Source of the DNA: an uncultured Planctomycetota bacterium
Lineage (GTDB): Bacteria > Planctomycetota > Planctomycetia > Isosphaerales > Isosphaeraceae
Direction of reading: 5' to 3'
Length of the DNA: 64,000 nucleotides
Assembly (NCBI GenBank): GCA_963823665.1
Contig: CAWGMQ010000003.1
Location: 160,001 to 224,000 of the forward strand
Shown here: positions 10,721 to 21,474 of the stretch, one piece after another
Layout: each line of letters opens with the position of its first letter
Position numbering within the stretch: position 1 is the stretch's first letter
The notes under the pieces: generated by a model
Told to the model about the DNA's origin: nothing
Seen by the model: only the letters and a program-made list of their open reading frames with translations
Databases searched by the model: none
Position numbers and translations under genes: made by a program

Positions 10721-10768
10721 TAGCCCGAAGCGTAAGCGAGGGTTCCGGTTAATCTCGCTCACGCTTCG
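10721..10768. repeat. REP-like palindrome
   Basis: CGAAGCGTAAGCGAG (10726-10740) is the near-perfect reverse complement of CTCGCTCACGCTTCG (10754-10768). Confidence 0.6.
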
Positions 10769-12423
10769 CCCTGGTTCGCGGGCGGTATTACCCGCAGTTG
10801 AACCAGGGCAAAAAAAAGTTTGCGAGGCCCCCGATTGTGCGCCACATGCGCCACAGCCTTGCGGCGCTTGGAGTTACGTGTGGCGCAGGTATAATCGGGC
10901 GCGCACGGAATCAACACAACGTCATGTCCTCCTGCGAGTTGCGTGTGGCGCAGGAATAATCGTTACGGCGCGCGTCGAGCGCGAGTCGCCTGACACTTCG
11001 TTCCGCGAAAGGCCATCGGCCATTCCTCCCGCCCTTGTGAGGAAGGTGCCGCCACAGACGAACGATGAACGCGGCGCAACGCCGCTACCGTGACCATCGA
11101 TTGAGTCCACCGCGTTGGGTTCGTTCGCGCAATTCAGCCACGTTGTCAAGTCGCGGTTCATGGGTGTTTTCGCGATCCAACCTTCACTCTAATTCCAAGT
11201 TACGCATCTCCAGCCACCTGAGCTCCTTGGGTTCGTTCGCGCATTTTCGCGCCCTGCTCAGAAATCCCGATGAAAAACCTCGGTCAAACATAGTGAACAG
11301 AACCCCTGCCGCACCGTGGCGCTCGGGTACGACCCGCGCCACGGTGTAGTCCAACTCCCGAAAAGCCCACCAGGTAATTCCGATCCCCTTGTGCTGCCCA
11401 AATTTGCGAAACGCCTCTCTCGCCCGTGAAAAGCTGCTGCCCCCCTCGAAACGTGGCGCAAAGTGGCGCATTCTGAAGGTTCTTGCAGCATCTGTACAGT
11501 GGTGTAAATCCCGCGATCCGTAGGGCGGGTGCAACCCACCGGCTCCCAGCACCTTTGGCATTCCTCCGCGCGTGGGCGAGTGGTGAAGACGTGCAATCCA
11601 CCACCCTCCACCGGCGTCGCCACTCCTCTTCCGCGGACCTACCGGCCCGATACCGAGTCCCCGGCGGCCGCTTCGCGCGTCCACGACGTGCGCACCCCAC
11701 CGCAAATGTTGCGATCGACAATGCCTCAAGGTGATCCAGCTCCAATTGAAAAAAATGACGGCATCCTCGGCCCTTACCCAGATGATCTACAAACGCCTCG
11801 AGCTGTTTGCGCAATAGATGTGGTATTCGTCCATTTCGACGAAAATTCCTCCGCCCTCCGCCGCCGCCCTCCGTCCTGATTTCCGTCCTCCGCCCTCAAG
11901 CTGTGTTGGGCGCGGGACTCTGATCCCGCCGGAATTGTTTCTGTGTTCGGCGCGGGTCTCCGACCTGACCGCCATTGTGACCGGAGGTCGACATGTTCGG
12001 CGCGGGGTGTATCCAGGAGTGGTACCCCATGTCGAACCAGGCCCAATTTCGTTTTGTATATTCGACGCGCGCCCTTTCCCCGCAAGGATTAAGGGAACGA
12101 AACCTCCGCCTCAGCTCGCCGATCTCCCGCGCCGACGAATAGACGCAAAGACGTCCAGTAGGTCGGGCTTCAGTCTGACGATCTCGCCGCGCGGCGCAAG
12201 CGCAAACGGCGATCCCACACCGTAAAATTCCGGGCTGACGTTCACGCACGCACGCCACGACCGTTATCCCCTCCGTAACACCAAAGGCGACTTGGATTTT
12301 CGACCTCATCAAAGGTCATTTACTCGTGGTAAGATTTGGTAATAAATGGTAATCCACGCGAGAAATTCTTGCTTCTCTCTCGCTGCTCCGCGTTCTCGCC
12401 CCCGTTTGACGACAATGCAAATC

Positions 12424-12516
12424 GGCCTGAAAGGCCACAACAACACAGCCCAATGGCAACGCCTTGGGTTTCCGGTGCAACGCCGTGGGTTTCCGAGGCA
12501 CGCGCCCTGGGTATCC
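12424..12516. repeat. REP-like remnant with three tandem ~20-bp units
   Basis: GGCCTGAAAGGCC hairpin followed by GCAACGCCTTGGGTTTCCG / GCAACGCCGTGGGTTTCCG / GCACGCGCCCTGGGTATCC. Confidence 0.55.
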
Positions 12517-12824
12517 AGTCTCGCCCCGACTCCAGTGTCGGCGATCGAGATCCTGCTACATATATTATGCGACGGTTTTCCCGGATTTCACGATTTCGTC
12601 GACTAGAAAACTTGGAATTTTTTTCACGTCGTAACGGTTGCAACGACGAACTTGATCGAACCCCCCGGTTTGCGCACGATGCGGCTAAAGAGTCGGCAAA
12701 ACAGCGTCGCGATTCCCACATCCAGTTGGCCCGCTCCGACCAGCATGGCTCGCATTCGGCTTATCGCGATCGCGCCCATTCGCTAGCCTCCAAACTCACG
12801 AATTGACTTTTTTTTGAAAATCCG

Positions 12825-12859
12825 CGTAAGGCAAATCCGCCTCACTCGTATCTTCCTTA
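12825..12859 (+). promoter_or_regulatory. bipartite promoter-like motif upstream of lodA (candidate ECF-sigma promoter)
   Basis: CGTAAGGCAA-N10-CTCGTATCTTCCTTA. Both boxes and the spacing are identical to the copy at 15781-15815. Confidence 0.65.
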
Positions 12860-12934
12860 TAGAGGCCCAGCGCTTCGGCCCACGCAACTTCGCCCGAACA
12901 CATCCCTGCGCTCCTCCGGCGAAAGATCCTTGCA

Positions 12935-14557
12935 ATGACAAGCCACGAGATCCACCCGGCGATCGGAATCGCGCGCCTCGGCTCAAGCGCGGTTCACTCG
13001 CCCGACGGTTTCTTCACCGGCCCCGAGCCCGACTCGCCCCCGCCCGCCAGTTACCGTGATCCATCAGGCGACCTCAAACGCCAAGCCGCCCGATTCCGCC
13101 TCTTCCAATGCGAGCGCGACGACCACGGCCGGCTCCTGCGAGCCGATGAGCAAACTCTCTCCGACGTGCAAACGCTCACCTGGACCGTCCACCTCGTCAA
13201 CCGCAAGGGAACCGCCCGTCGCCAGTATGGAACACGCCCCGGTTTCCGCAACAACTGGATCCGCGAACCCGACAAGGACTCGCCGCTCATCATCGATCCC
13301 GCGCCAAGATCGGTGAACGCCCCAGGTGAACGCCGGCAATTGGATACGGGCAAGTTTCGCACAACCCGCGTGCACCTCGGCGAGATCGAAATGGAGCCTT
13401 CCGGCCGACTCCTCGTCCTGGGCGGCCACGGCCGCTCCGGCTCCGACCCAGAACAGCCCAGGCTGACCGACCAATCCGGTCACTTCGCCGATAACGACAA
13501 CTGGTTCGACGACACCTCCGACGGACCAGTCACCGCTACGTTTGAGTTGCCGGACGGCACCACCAAGCAGGCCACGGCGTCGGTCGTCGTCGGCCCACCC
13601 GACTTCGCCCCCGGCATCACCAACCTCGTCACCCTTTATGACCTTCTCTTCGACCTGGGCGTCAAGCGCGGAATTCTGACGGCACCGACCGATTCACCAG
13701 GCTTCGTTTCATTCTCGCGCCACGTGCAGCCGATCCTCGCCCGCGCGATGGGATACCGTTGGGTCAACCGCCCCGCCGCATTTGGCTACGCAGGGAATGG
13801 CACCGGTCACTCATCCGGCGGCTCCGGCGATTTCGCGGCCCGGTGGGCTGCACTCGCTGATCCTTCGCCCGCTCACCAAGAGCTGCGCGAATCGATCGCC
13901 GGGCGCCTCCGCAACCCGGACCCGCGAGGCGTTCAGCCCTTCACGAATCCGCTCAACCTTCTGCCGCGCCTTTCCGACCACCAGTGGATAAACGATGGCC
14001 CCGACAATGTCCTCCCACTCACCACGACTCAGTATCGCATCATGCAGGCCTGGGCCGCCGGCGATTTCGTAAACGACCTCGGCCACGGTCGCCCGCTGGA
14101 AGAATCGACGCCGGACGCACTGACCCGCGTGGCCCTCGAGGCATGCGTCGGCGCGGCCCTTTTCCCGGGAATTGAGGTCAGCGGCTATATCATGAATTTC
14201 CCCGAAAGATTCACGGACGGCAACCCATTTCGGCTCTCGCACGACAGGGTCTTACCGGGCGAAGTCACTCAGTACAACGCCGTCCCCTGGCAAGCCGACT
14301 TCCAGCTCTGCAGTTGGCAGGAGACGCAGGGTATCCTCCCCAAACGCCTCGGCTGGTGGCCCGCTCAGCGCCCAGACGACGTCTTCCCAGCGGTCGGTGC
14401 CACCGAAATGCGACCGTGGGCACGCGGCCTGGGCCCCGATTTCCAGGACATGGTCGACAAGTGGCACCGCCTCGGCATCGTCGTCAACCGCGCCCCGCCC
14501 GGAGACCCGCCATTCTTCGTCGAAACCGAACGAGACTCCGATGCCCTCGGCCATTGA
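12935..14557 (+). CDS. LodA/GoxA-family CTQ-dependent amino-acid oxidase
   Basis: IHPAIGIARLG, LKRQAARFRLF, WTVHLVNRK, NDNWFDDTSDGPV, CVGAALFPGIE (CTQ Cys), PWQADF (CTQ Trp), WWPAQRPD. Confidence 0.93.
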   Translation: MTSHEIHPAIGIARLGSSAVHSPDGFFTGPEPDSPPPASYRDPSGDLKRQAARFRLFQCERDDHGRLLRADEQTLSDVQTLTWTVHLVNRKGTARRQYGTRPGFRNNWIREPDKDSPLIIDPAPRSVNAPGERRQLDTGKFRTTRVHLGEIEMEPSGRLLVLGGHGRSGSDPEQPRLTDQSGHFADNDNWFDDTSDGPVTATFELPDGTTKQATASVVVGPPDFAPGITNLVTLYDLLFDLGVKRGILTAPTDSPGFVSFSRHVQPILARAMGYRWVNRPAAFGYAGNGTGHSSGGSGDFAARWAALADPSPAHQELRESIAGRLRNPDPRGVQPFTNPLNLLPRLSDHQWINDGPDNVLPLTTTQYRIMQAWAAGDFVNDLGHGRPLEESTPDALTRVALEACVGAALFPGIEVSGYIMNFPERFTDGNPFRLSHDRVLPGEVTQYNAVPWQADFQLCSWQETQGILPKRLGWWPAQRPDDVFPAVGATEMRPWARGLGPDFQDMVDKWHRLGIVVNRAPPGDPPFFVETERDSDALGH

Positions 14558-14560
14558 TCA

Positions 14561-15645
14561 ATGGACGTAATAATCCTCGGCGGCGGCCCCGCCGGCACCG
14601 CGGCCGCCCTCGCGCTCTCGCAGCTCGGCCGCTCGGTAACGCTCCTCGAGCGCTCTCACTACGACTCCCCGCGCGTCGGCGAAGCTGCTTGCCCCGGAGG
14701 TGCGCCGCCCCTTGACCGAGCTCGGCCTCTGGAATCGCTTCATGGCCGAAAACCCGATCGCCTCACCAGGAACCGCGGCCGCCTGGGGCCGCGCCGATCT
14801 GGAAGACAATGACCACATCACCAACCCATCCGGCCCCGGATGGCACGTCGATCGCACTCGCTTCGACAGAATGCTGGCAATAGCCGCCAAGGCCGCCGGC
14901 GCGGAGGTCATTCACGGCGCCCGCCTGAACCGCTGTCGCGCCACCCCCGCCATCAACTGGCACATCGAGGCGACCACCGCCGACGGCACAACCATCGAAC
15001 GGCGTGCCCGCGCCATGATCGACGCCACCGGCCGTCACGCAGTCGCCGCGCGCAGCTCGGCGTCGGCCGAATCATTCACGACCGTCTGGTCGGCCTCTGG
15101 GCGCTGATCGACCCAGCCCCTGGCAACGCGACCCACGATCGTCGAACACTGATCGAAGCCACTGAGCACGGCTGGTGGTATTCCGCGCTCCTCCCCGACG
15201 GCCGCCACGCCGCGGCGTTCATGACCGACCCCGACCTGCTCCCCTCCGGCACAGCCGCGCGAAATGCGCCTGGCGCACATTCCTCGCGCAAGCTCCACAC
15301 ACAAAGGCTCGTGTAGGCCCAGCTCCAGACCTCCCGCGCCCGAGAATCGTCCCCGCATTCACCTCCCGTCTCGAGATGACGGCCGGCTCAGGTTGGCTGG
15401 CCGTAGGCGACGCCGCGATGTCATTCGACCCACTCTCAGCGCAAGGCGTAACTTGGGCCCTGGAGTCCGCCCTCGCCGCCGCCCGCGCCCTGCACGCCCA
15501 CCTCGACGGAAACCCGAGCGCGGCCCTCGACTACACCCACCGCGCCAACCTCGATTTCCACCTCTATCTCAGCCAACGCCGCGCCGTCTATTCCCAGGAG
15601 CACCGCTGGCCAAACTCCCCCTTCTGGCGCCGCCGCGCACCGTAG
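14561..15645 (+). CDS. LodB/GoxB-type FAD-dependent oxidoreductase (CTQ biogenesis); about three frameshifts, probably sequence errors
   Basis: ILGGGPAGTAAA...RVGE, GWHVDRTRFDRML, IDATGR, GWWYSALLP, WLAVGDAAMSFDPLSAQG across frames. Starts 3 nt after lodA. Confidence 0.87.
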
Positions 15646-15691
15646 GTCAGGCATCAGCCTGACGATTGAGTAGGTCAGGCTCTAGCCTGAC
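15642..15691 (+). repeat. two tandem GTAG-type REP hairpins after lodB
   Basis: GTAGGTCAGGCATCAGCCTGAC (15642-15663) and GTAGGTCAGGCTCTAGCCTGAC (15670-15691). Each has a GTCAGGC/GCCTGAC stem with a 5' GTAG. Confidence 0.75.
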
Positions 15692-15780
15692 GCCCCACCA
15701 GCGTGCGCCCCATCACCCGCCGGCCAGAACCCGCACCACTCATCGACCAATCCATGAATCAACCTCCCCAAAAAAAATCA

Positions 15781-15815
15781 CGTAAGGCAATTCGTCCCGG
15801 CTCGTATCTTCCTTA
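15781..15815 (+). promoter_or_regulatory. second copy of the bipartite promoter-like motif, upstream of the small Cys/Gly ORF and RHS gene
   Basis: CGTAAGGCAA-N10-CTCGTATCTTCCTTA, preceded by an A-tract as in copy 1. Confidence 0.65.
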
Positions 15816-15881
15816 ATAGATGGAACGCTCAATGCCAAAGCCAACCCACATGTAAGAAACCAGCCCACGGAGCCCCAACCC

Positions 15882-16136
15882 ATGCCCAACCAATACAAGG
15901 GCGGCCAGGGAAACACGCCCGCGACCTGCTATGGCGCCCCGATTCCACCTGACCTGGGCGTCGACCCGATGGCGGGTCCGTTCCTCCCAATGGTATCCGT
16001 CTCAAACCCGTTCCAGACGTGCGGCCCGTCCGTGTGCCCGGCAACCTCGTGCTGCGGCGGCGGCACAGGCGGCGGCACAAGCGGCGGAACAACCAAAGGC
16101 GCGGGTTCCATTAATCCCGGATCCGTCACGCGTTAA
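15882..16136 (+). CDS. small Cys/Gly/Pro-rich hypothetical protein
   Basis: 84-aa ATG ORF with GGAG upstream, containing TCGPSVCPATSCCGGGTGGG. Lies between the promoter motif and the RHS gene. Confidence 0.5.
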   Translation: MPNQYKGGQGNTPATCYGAPIPPDLGVDPMAGPFLPMVSVSNPFQTCGPSVCPATSCCGGGTGGGTSGGTTKGAGSINPGSVTR

Positions 16137-16273
16137 GCAGCCCCCATCGGCATCGTCTAGCAAACCGAACGCCGCCCGAGCCAACTCACCCGGCACTCCC
16201 GACAGCGCCGCTCTCGGTCGCGCACGCGCTCCGTCCTCCGCTCCGTCTTCCGTCCTATTTTGGGAGATCTCCA

Positions 16274-19200
16274 ATGGACCCGTCCGTCCAGGGCACCGGC
16301 CAGCTCGTCCTCGCCCGCGCCAACGCGGCCTCACGCCAGCTCTCGGTCCAGCCCCCGCTGCCCCCAGGCTGTGCCACGGGCGGATGCATCGCTCCAGTTG
16401 GAAGTAGCTGCATGGTTCAGAGTGCCACGGTCGATCCGAGGTCTCTCTTCCTGATCCTGAACTGGGCTCCACCCTCCGGCAGCCCCGCCGACCTACCTCT
16501 TGTCTTCACTTATAAGAGCGACGGTTCTTACACCAACGAGTTCGGGGCCAACTGGTCCGCAACCCACCAGCGCTTCGCTGAAAACATCGTTCCCGTCAAT
16601 CCCAACCCCGTTAACCTCAACACTCCGAACTTTCTCTACTCCTATACCAACAATGGCACGTCCTACTCGGTCGTCGGCCCCAGCCAGAACAGCTTGGTCG
16701 GCAACACCACCACGGGCTGGACCGAAACCCAGCCCGATGGCACGAGCTTCAAGTACTTGAATACCGGGGTCCTCAGCGCCGTCGCCAACCGGGCGAACGT
16801 CCGCTGGACCATGATCTGGGACGCCGGCTTCAACCACGTGCAGGCGATCCTGGGACCCTTCGGCCGCCGCACCACCTTCATCTACAACGCATCAAACTTC
16901 GTCAAGCGCATAGTGGACCCCGGCGGCCGGATCACGTCGCTCACCGTGAACGCCAACAGCGATCTCTCACGGATCATCAGCCCCGAGCTCTGCACCACAA
17001 CCTTCGTCTACGACGGCTCGCACCACCTGGTCGCCTGGATTAATCCCCTGGGTGACCGCACCACCTTTATCTACAAATCCGGAACTCCCAACGTGAGCGC
17101 CGTCCAGCAGCCGCTGGGCCAGCGCACCACCTTTGCCTCGGTGACGACATTCTTCCCGTCGACGACCAGCACGGTGATCACCAGCCCCCGAAACGCACGG
17201 ACCACACTCCAGTTCGGGCTCCTGACAGCTCCAACGATCGTGATCACAGACCCGTTCGGCAACCAAGCGCTGAGCTTCCCGGACCGCAGCGGCCAGACCG
17301 GCCAGACCCAGGCCGTCGCCGACGCTCGCGGTGTCCGCACCTCCTTCACCTTCCAGTTGCTGAACAACGGCGTCTACACTGTCTCAGGCATCCAGAAAAA
17401 CGGCTACAATTCCGGCACGGGACTAGGCCAGTACGCGTTCTTCTACAACAGCAACAGCCAGGTCAAAGCCGTCGTCGACGAGATCGGCAACCGTTCGACC
17501 CTGGTCTGGAACAGCCAGGGCAACCGCGCTGCCGTGATCGACCCCTTCGGCAAGCGAACGAGCTATGTCTACGATTCGCTCGGGCGTCTATCAGCAGTGC
17601 AAAACGCGCTGGGCCAGCGTGCAACCCAAACCTACGACACTCAGGGACGCCCCCTGGCCGATATCAACCCGCTAGGCCAGCGATACACGTACGCGTACGA
17701 CGTCAACAGCCAGCTCCTGCGCACGACCGACCCACTTGGGCACATAGCAACAACAATCCATGACAATATGAACCGTCTGACCTTACAAATCGACGCAGTC
17801 GGTAACCGCACGAGCTTTACCTACGACGCCAACGGCCGCATGACGCGCGTGACCGCGCCACTCGGGCGAATCACGACCTGGCTCTACGATAACAACAGCC
17901 GGGTCGTGGCGAAGGTCGATCCTCTCGCCCTGCGCACGAGCTATGCCTACGATGCGGCGAGCAACCCGATCCGAACAACCAATCCGCTGGGCCAGATCAC
18001 TTCAAACGTCTTCGACCTCGGAAATCGTGTCACCGCCCAGATCGACCCGCTTGGTAACCGCACCAGCATTTCCTACGACGTCGCGTGGAACCAGGTCCGT
18101 GTCACAAACCCTCTCGGTCAGATCTCGAGCATAGTCTTTGACACGACGAACCGCCCGTCCGTAACGATTGACCCCCTGGGCAACCGCTTCAGTTTCACCT
18201 ACGACTTCGCCGACGATCGGATCCGGACGACAAACCCGCTCGGGTTCATCACGACGACGGTATTCGACAAGTTGCTGCGGCCAGTGGCGAAAATCGACCC
18301 ACTGTTCAACCGAACGACGGCAACATTCGACATCGGCGGCCGTTCGATCCGCGTCCAGGACGCCAACGCCAAGATTACGACGATCCTCTACGACGGAGCG
18401 AATCGCGTCGCCGGCACTCTGAACGCCAACGGCTTCCGCACAACCCAAGTCTACGACGCCGAAGGCCGGGTCGTCGCCCTCGTCGACGCCAACGCTCACC
18501 GAAACACGTTCGTGTTCGACGCCGACGGCAGGCAAACGGTCGCAATCGATCCCCTGGGCCATCGAACGAGCTCTCAGTACGACGCCGCCAGCCGCCAGAC
18601 ACTTCGTATCGATGCCAGGGGCTTCCGCACGAGCTATCTCTACGACAACGACGACCGACCCACAGGCCAGCAGTACCCCGATGGCACGCGCGTCACGTAC
18701 GCCTACGACAACGCGGGCCGCCGCACCCTACTGAGCGACGCCACGGGCCGCACTTCGACCACGTACGATGCCGATGGCCGAACAACCCTCGTCGTCAATC
18801 CAGCCGCGCTGCGTCTGACATATGCCTACGACGCCGCCAGCCGGAGGAAGTATCTGACCGAGCCCGAAGGCGCTCGCTTCACCTACGTCTTCGACGCCGC
18901 GGGCCGAACAAGCTACGTCGCCAATCCACAGGCTCAGCGTGCAACTTACAGCTACGACGCCGCCAGTCGCGTCACAGGCATCCACTACGCCAACACGACC
19001 CGCACATCGTACCTATATGACAACGCCGACAGACTCCTCCGCGTGGCCAACCTGAACTCGACGAACACGACCCTCTCGAGCTTCTCTTACGCGCTCGACG
19101 CAGTGGGCAACCGCAAGCGCGTGGTCGAAGTCACCGGCAACCGTGTCACCTGGACTTACGACAATACCTACCAGCTCACCAACGAACAGCGCAGCGGCTC

Positions 19201-19552
19201 GAATTTTTATAACATCACATGTACATATGATCCTATAGGCAATCGCCTCGCCCTGATCAACGGTGGAGTCCGCACCACCAGCACCTACGTCGCGGCCAAC
19301 GAACTGATCAAAACGCAGGTTATCGCCGGCGTGACGACCATCACCTATGACGCCAATGGTAACACGCTGCTCAGCCGCGACCCCTCGAACAATCGAACCT
19401 CATACACCTGGGACTTCGAGAACCGAATGACCCAGGTTGCCTTGCCAGCCGCGATTGTGAATACCTTCACATACAACGGTGACGGCCAGCGAACTCAAAA
19501 GCAGGATTCAACGGGAACGACCAAACACGTGTCAGCAGCAACGAAACGCTGA
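16274..19552 (+). pseudogene. RHS/YD-repeat protein, truncated at 19529 by the IS21 element (core end and toxin tip missing)
   Basis: Dozens of DPLGxRTxxxYD repeats. The ORF stops 23 nt inside the IS end after YNGDGQRTQKQDSTGTTKHV. No DPxG core terminus. Confidence 0.9.
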
Positions 19553-19719
19553 GCCATTATCGCAGAGCCACCTGAGCCATTCCGCGATCGGTCGATGGTG
19601 GGTTTGGCTCTCTCTCAGCGTCTTTACCAAGTTTCTGGCACGTGTGATTCAATGCAGGTAGGCTGGAGTGTAATTGCCGCTCAGTCGCCGATGACGGCTC
19701 TTTCAATCCACGGCGCAAA

Positions 19720-20436
19720 GTGGCGGCGGGAAGTTCCACCTTCCCGCCGCCTGACCGCTCGGGAGCAATCCCTCCCGTGGGCCATTCTCAGTTTCCGCGC
19801 GCATCACCGTCGGGTCAATCACCCCGATCTCGGCGTTGGCACCCCAACTGCCACCGTTGCCTGCTCAAAGGCTGTGAAGTCTGGTTCTTGCCGCGCCGGC
19901 CTCAGGCGCGATATTGCAGCCCGGCCTGTCAGGAATCCGCCTGCCGCTGGCGCCGCTGGCTTTCCTGCCAGCGCTTCAAGGCTACTACCCATGGCAAGGC
20001 AATCCGGCGAGAGCAGGCCCGACGCTATCGAATCCGTCTCCAGCAACGATCATTTCTTGCTGAACCGGCGCCGCCAGCCTGCGACGTCGAGCTGACTTCC
20101 CCAGTCGTCGAGTCGCAGACATCCACCGCATCCGAGCCGCCTCCGCTCGCCTCAACACCCGCCGAGGGCCAGCGCCCAGCCAAAATACCCGAACAATCTT
20201 GCGGTCTGCCTTGCCACAGACCTGGCTGCTACATGTTATTCCTTCCCTCGGGGCGTTCTCCCGATCAGAAATTCTGTTCCTACTCGTGCCACCAAGCGTT
20301 ACGACGAGTTCGACAACGCGAACTTCGACTCCGGCAACGACGCCGGCGCGGGGTTCTTCCCCGTTATATGCATCGCCGCGGACCGCCTCAACATCCCCTT
20401 CTCATGTCGTCACGTATAGAGGACGTTACCCCCTAA
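19720..20436 (+). CDS. Cys-rich, Arg-rich passenger protein with two putative Zn fingers (start uncertain)
   Basis: CLLKGCEVWFLPRRPQARYCSPAC and CHRPGCYMLFLPSGRSPDQKFCSYSC share a Cx4C-xn-(Y/F)CSxxC pattern. Confidence 0.65.
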   Translation: MAAGSSTFPPPDRSGAIPPVGHSQFPRASPSGQSPRSRRWHPNCHRCLLKGCEVWFLPRRPQARYCSPACQESACRWRRWLSCQRFKATTHGKAIRREQARRYRIRLQQRSFLAEPAPPACDVELTSPVVESQTSTASEPPPLASTPAEGQRPAKIPEQSCGLPCHRPGCYMLFLPSGRSPDQKFCSYSCHQALRRVRQRELRLRQRRRRGVLPRYMHRRGPPQHPLLMSSRIEDVTP

Positions 20437-20541
20437 TACTTATGTTTGTTCTTGCCCAAGAACCGAGGAGGAAGCGGGAGGGCCGGGCCCTCCGGTCTCC
20501 CGTTTCCTTACTCGGATTGGGCCTTTGTGACCAGGTTTCTC

Positions 20542-21474
20542 ATGACAGACTCGTACACGACGGACATCCGCTTCATGGCGGTGGATCAACTGGGTCAGCG
20601 GTATCGGCGCTATCGCCTTCCCGATCCCGACGCCGAGGCCGCCATGGCGGCATCCCTGAGTCGCTATGGACAGCAAACTCCCGTAGTCGTCTGCCTGCGA
20701 GAGGAAAGATACGAGGTTCTCGACGGCTTCAAGCGTCTGGCAGCCGCGCAGACACTCGGTTTCCTGACCGTCAGCACGCGGGTCGTGGAAGTTAATGAGC
20801 GCCTGGCCAAGGCGACGATCCTGGGCCTCAATCAAACCGGCAGGCGGACTCAAGAGTGGGAGGAAGCTTGGATCGTGCACGCCTTGGTGCGCGAGGACGG
20901 TCTGACGCAGGAGGAGGTCGCCGAGCTGCTCTCCCACCACAAGAGCTGGGTCTGCCGTCGGCTGGCCCTGGTCGAGAAGCTGGCCGACGCGGCCAAGAAC
21001 GACCTGCGATTGGGGCTGTTGTCGGTCACGGCCGCTCGCTCGCTGGTGCGGTTGCCGGCCGGCAACCAACCTGAGCTTCTTGCAACGCTCCGCCGCGACA
21101 AGCTGACGGCTGCCGAGCTCGATGGCGTCGTGAATCTGCTCCAAGCGGCGCCCGGTCAGACTCAGGAAGAGTACATCTTGGCCCAGCCGCGCCAGGCCTT
21201 GCGGCAAGCACGGGAGGAGACTGGCTGGGCCTGGGACCCAAGGCTAAGCAGTTCGGGCAACCGCGTGGCGCGACGTCTCACCTACGTCCTTGAGGACCTG
21301 GGTCGCATCGAGACCTGGCTGCGCAGTCAGGGCCGCGCCGGCTTGACCCCCTGCGATCACTTGGTGCTGACGTCAGCATTCTCCAAGTTGGCGCGTGATG
21401 CCTCCAGCGTGGCCTCTTTGGCTCAGGACCTCATCGGAGAGTTGAACAATCATGACCGAGCAAAAGCGCAATGA
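20542..21474 (+). CDS. ParB/RepB/Spo0J-like protein (ParB N-domain plus HTH) inside the IS21 element
   Basis: SLSRYGQQTPVVV...YEVLDGFKRLAAA and HTH GLTQEEVAELLSHHKSWVCRRLAL. Overlaps the istA start. Confidence 0.85.
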   Translation: MTDSYTTDIRFMAVDQLGQRYRRYRLPDPDAEAAMAASLSRYGQQTPVVVCLREERYEVLDGFKRLAAAQTLGFLTVSTRVVEVNERLAKATILGLNQTGRRTQEWEEAWIVHALVREDGLTQEEVAELLSHHKSWVCRRLALVEKLADAAKNDLRLGLLSVTAARSLVRLPAGNQPELLATLRRDKLTAAELDGVVNLLQAAPGQTQEEYILAQPRQALRQAREETGWAWDPRLSSSGNRVARRLTYVLEDLGRIETWLRSQGRAGLTPCDHLVLTSAFSKLARDASSVASLAQDLIGELNNHDRAKAQ

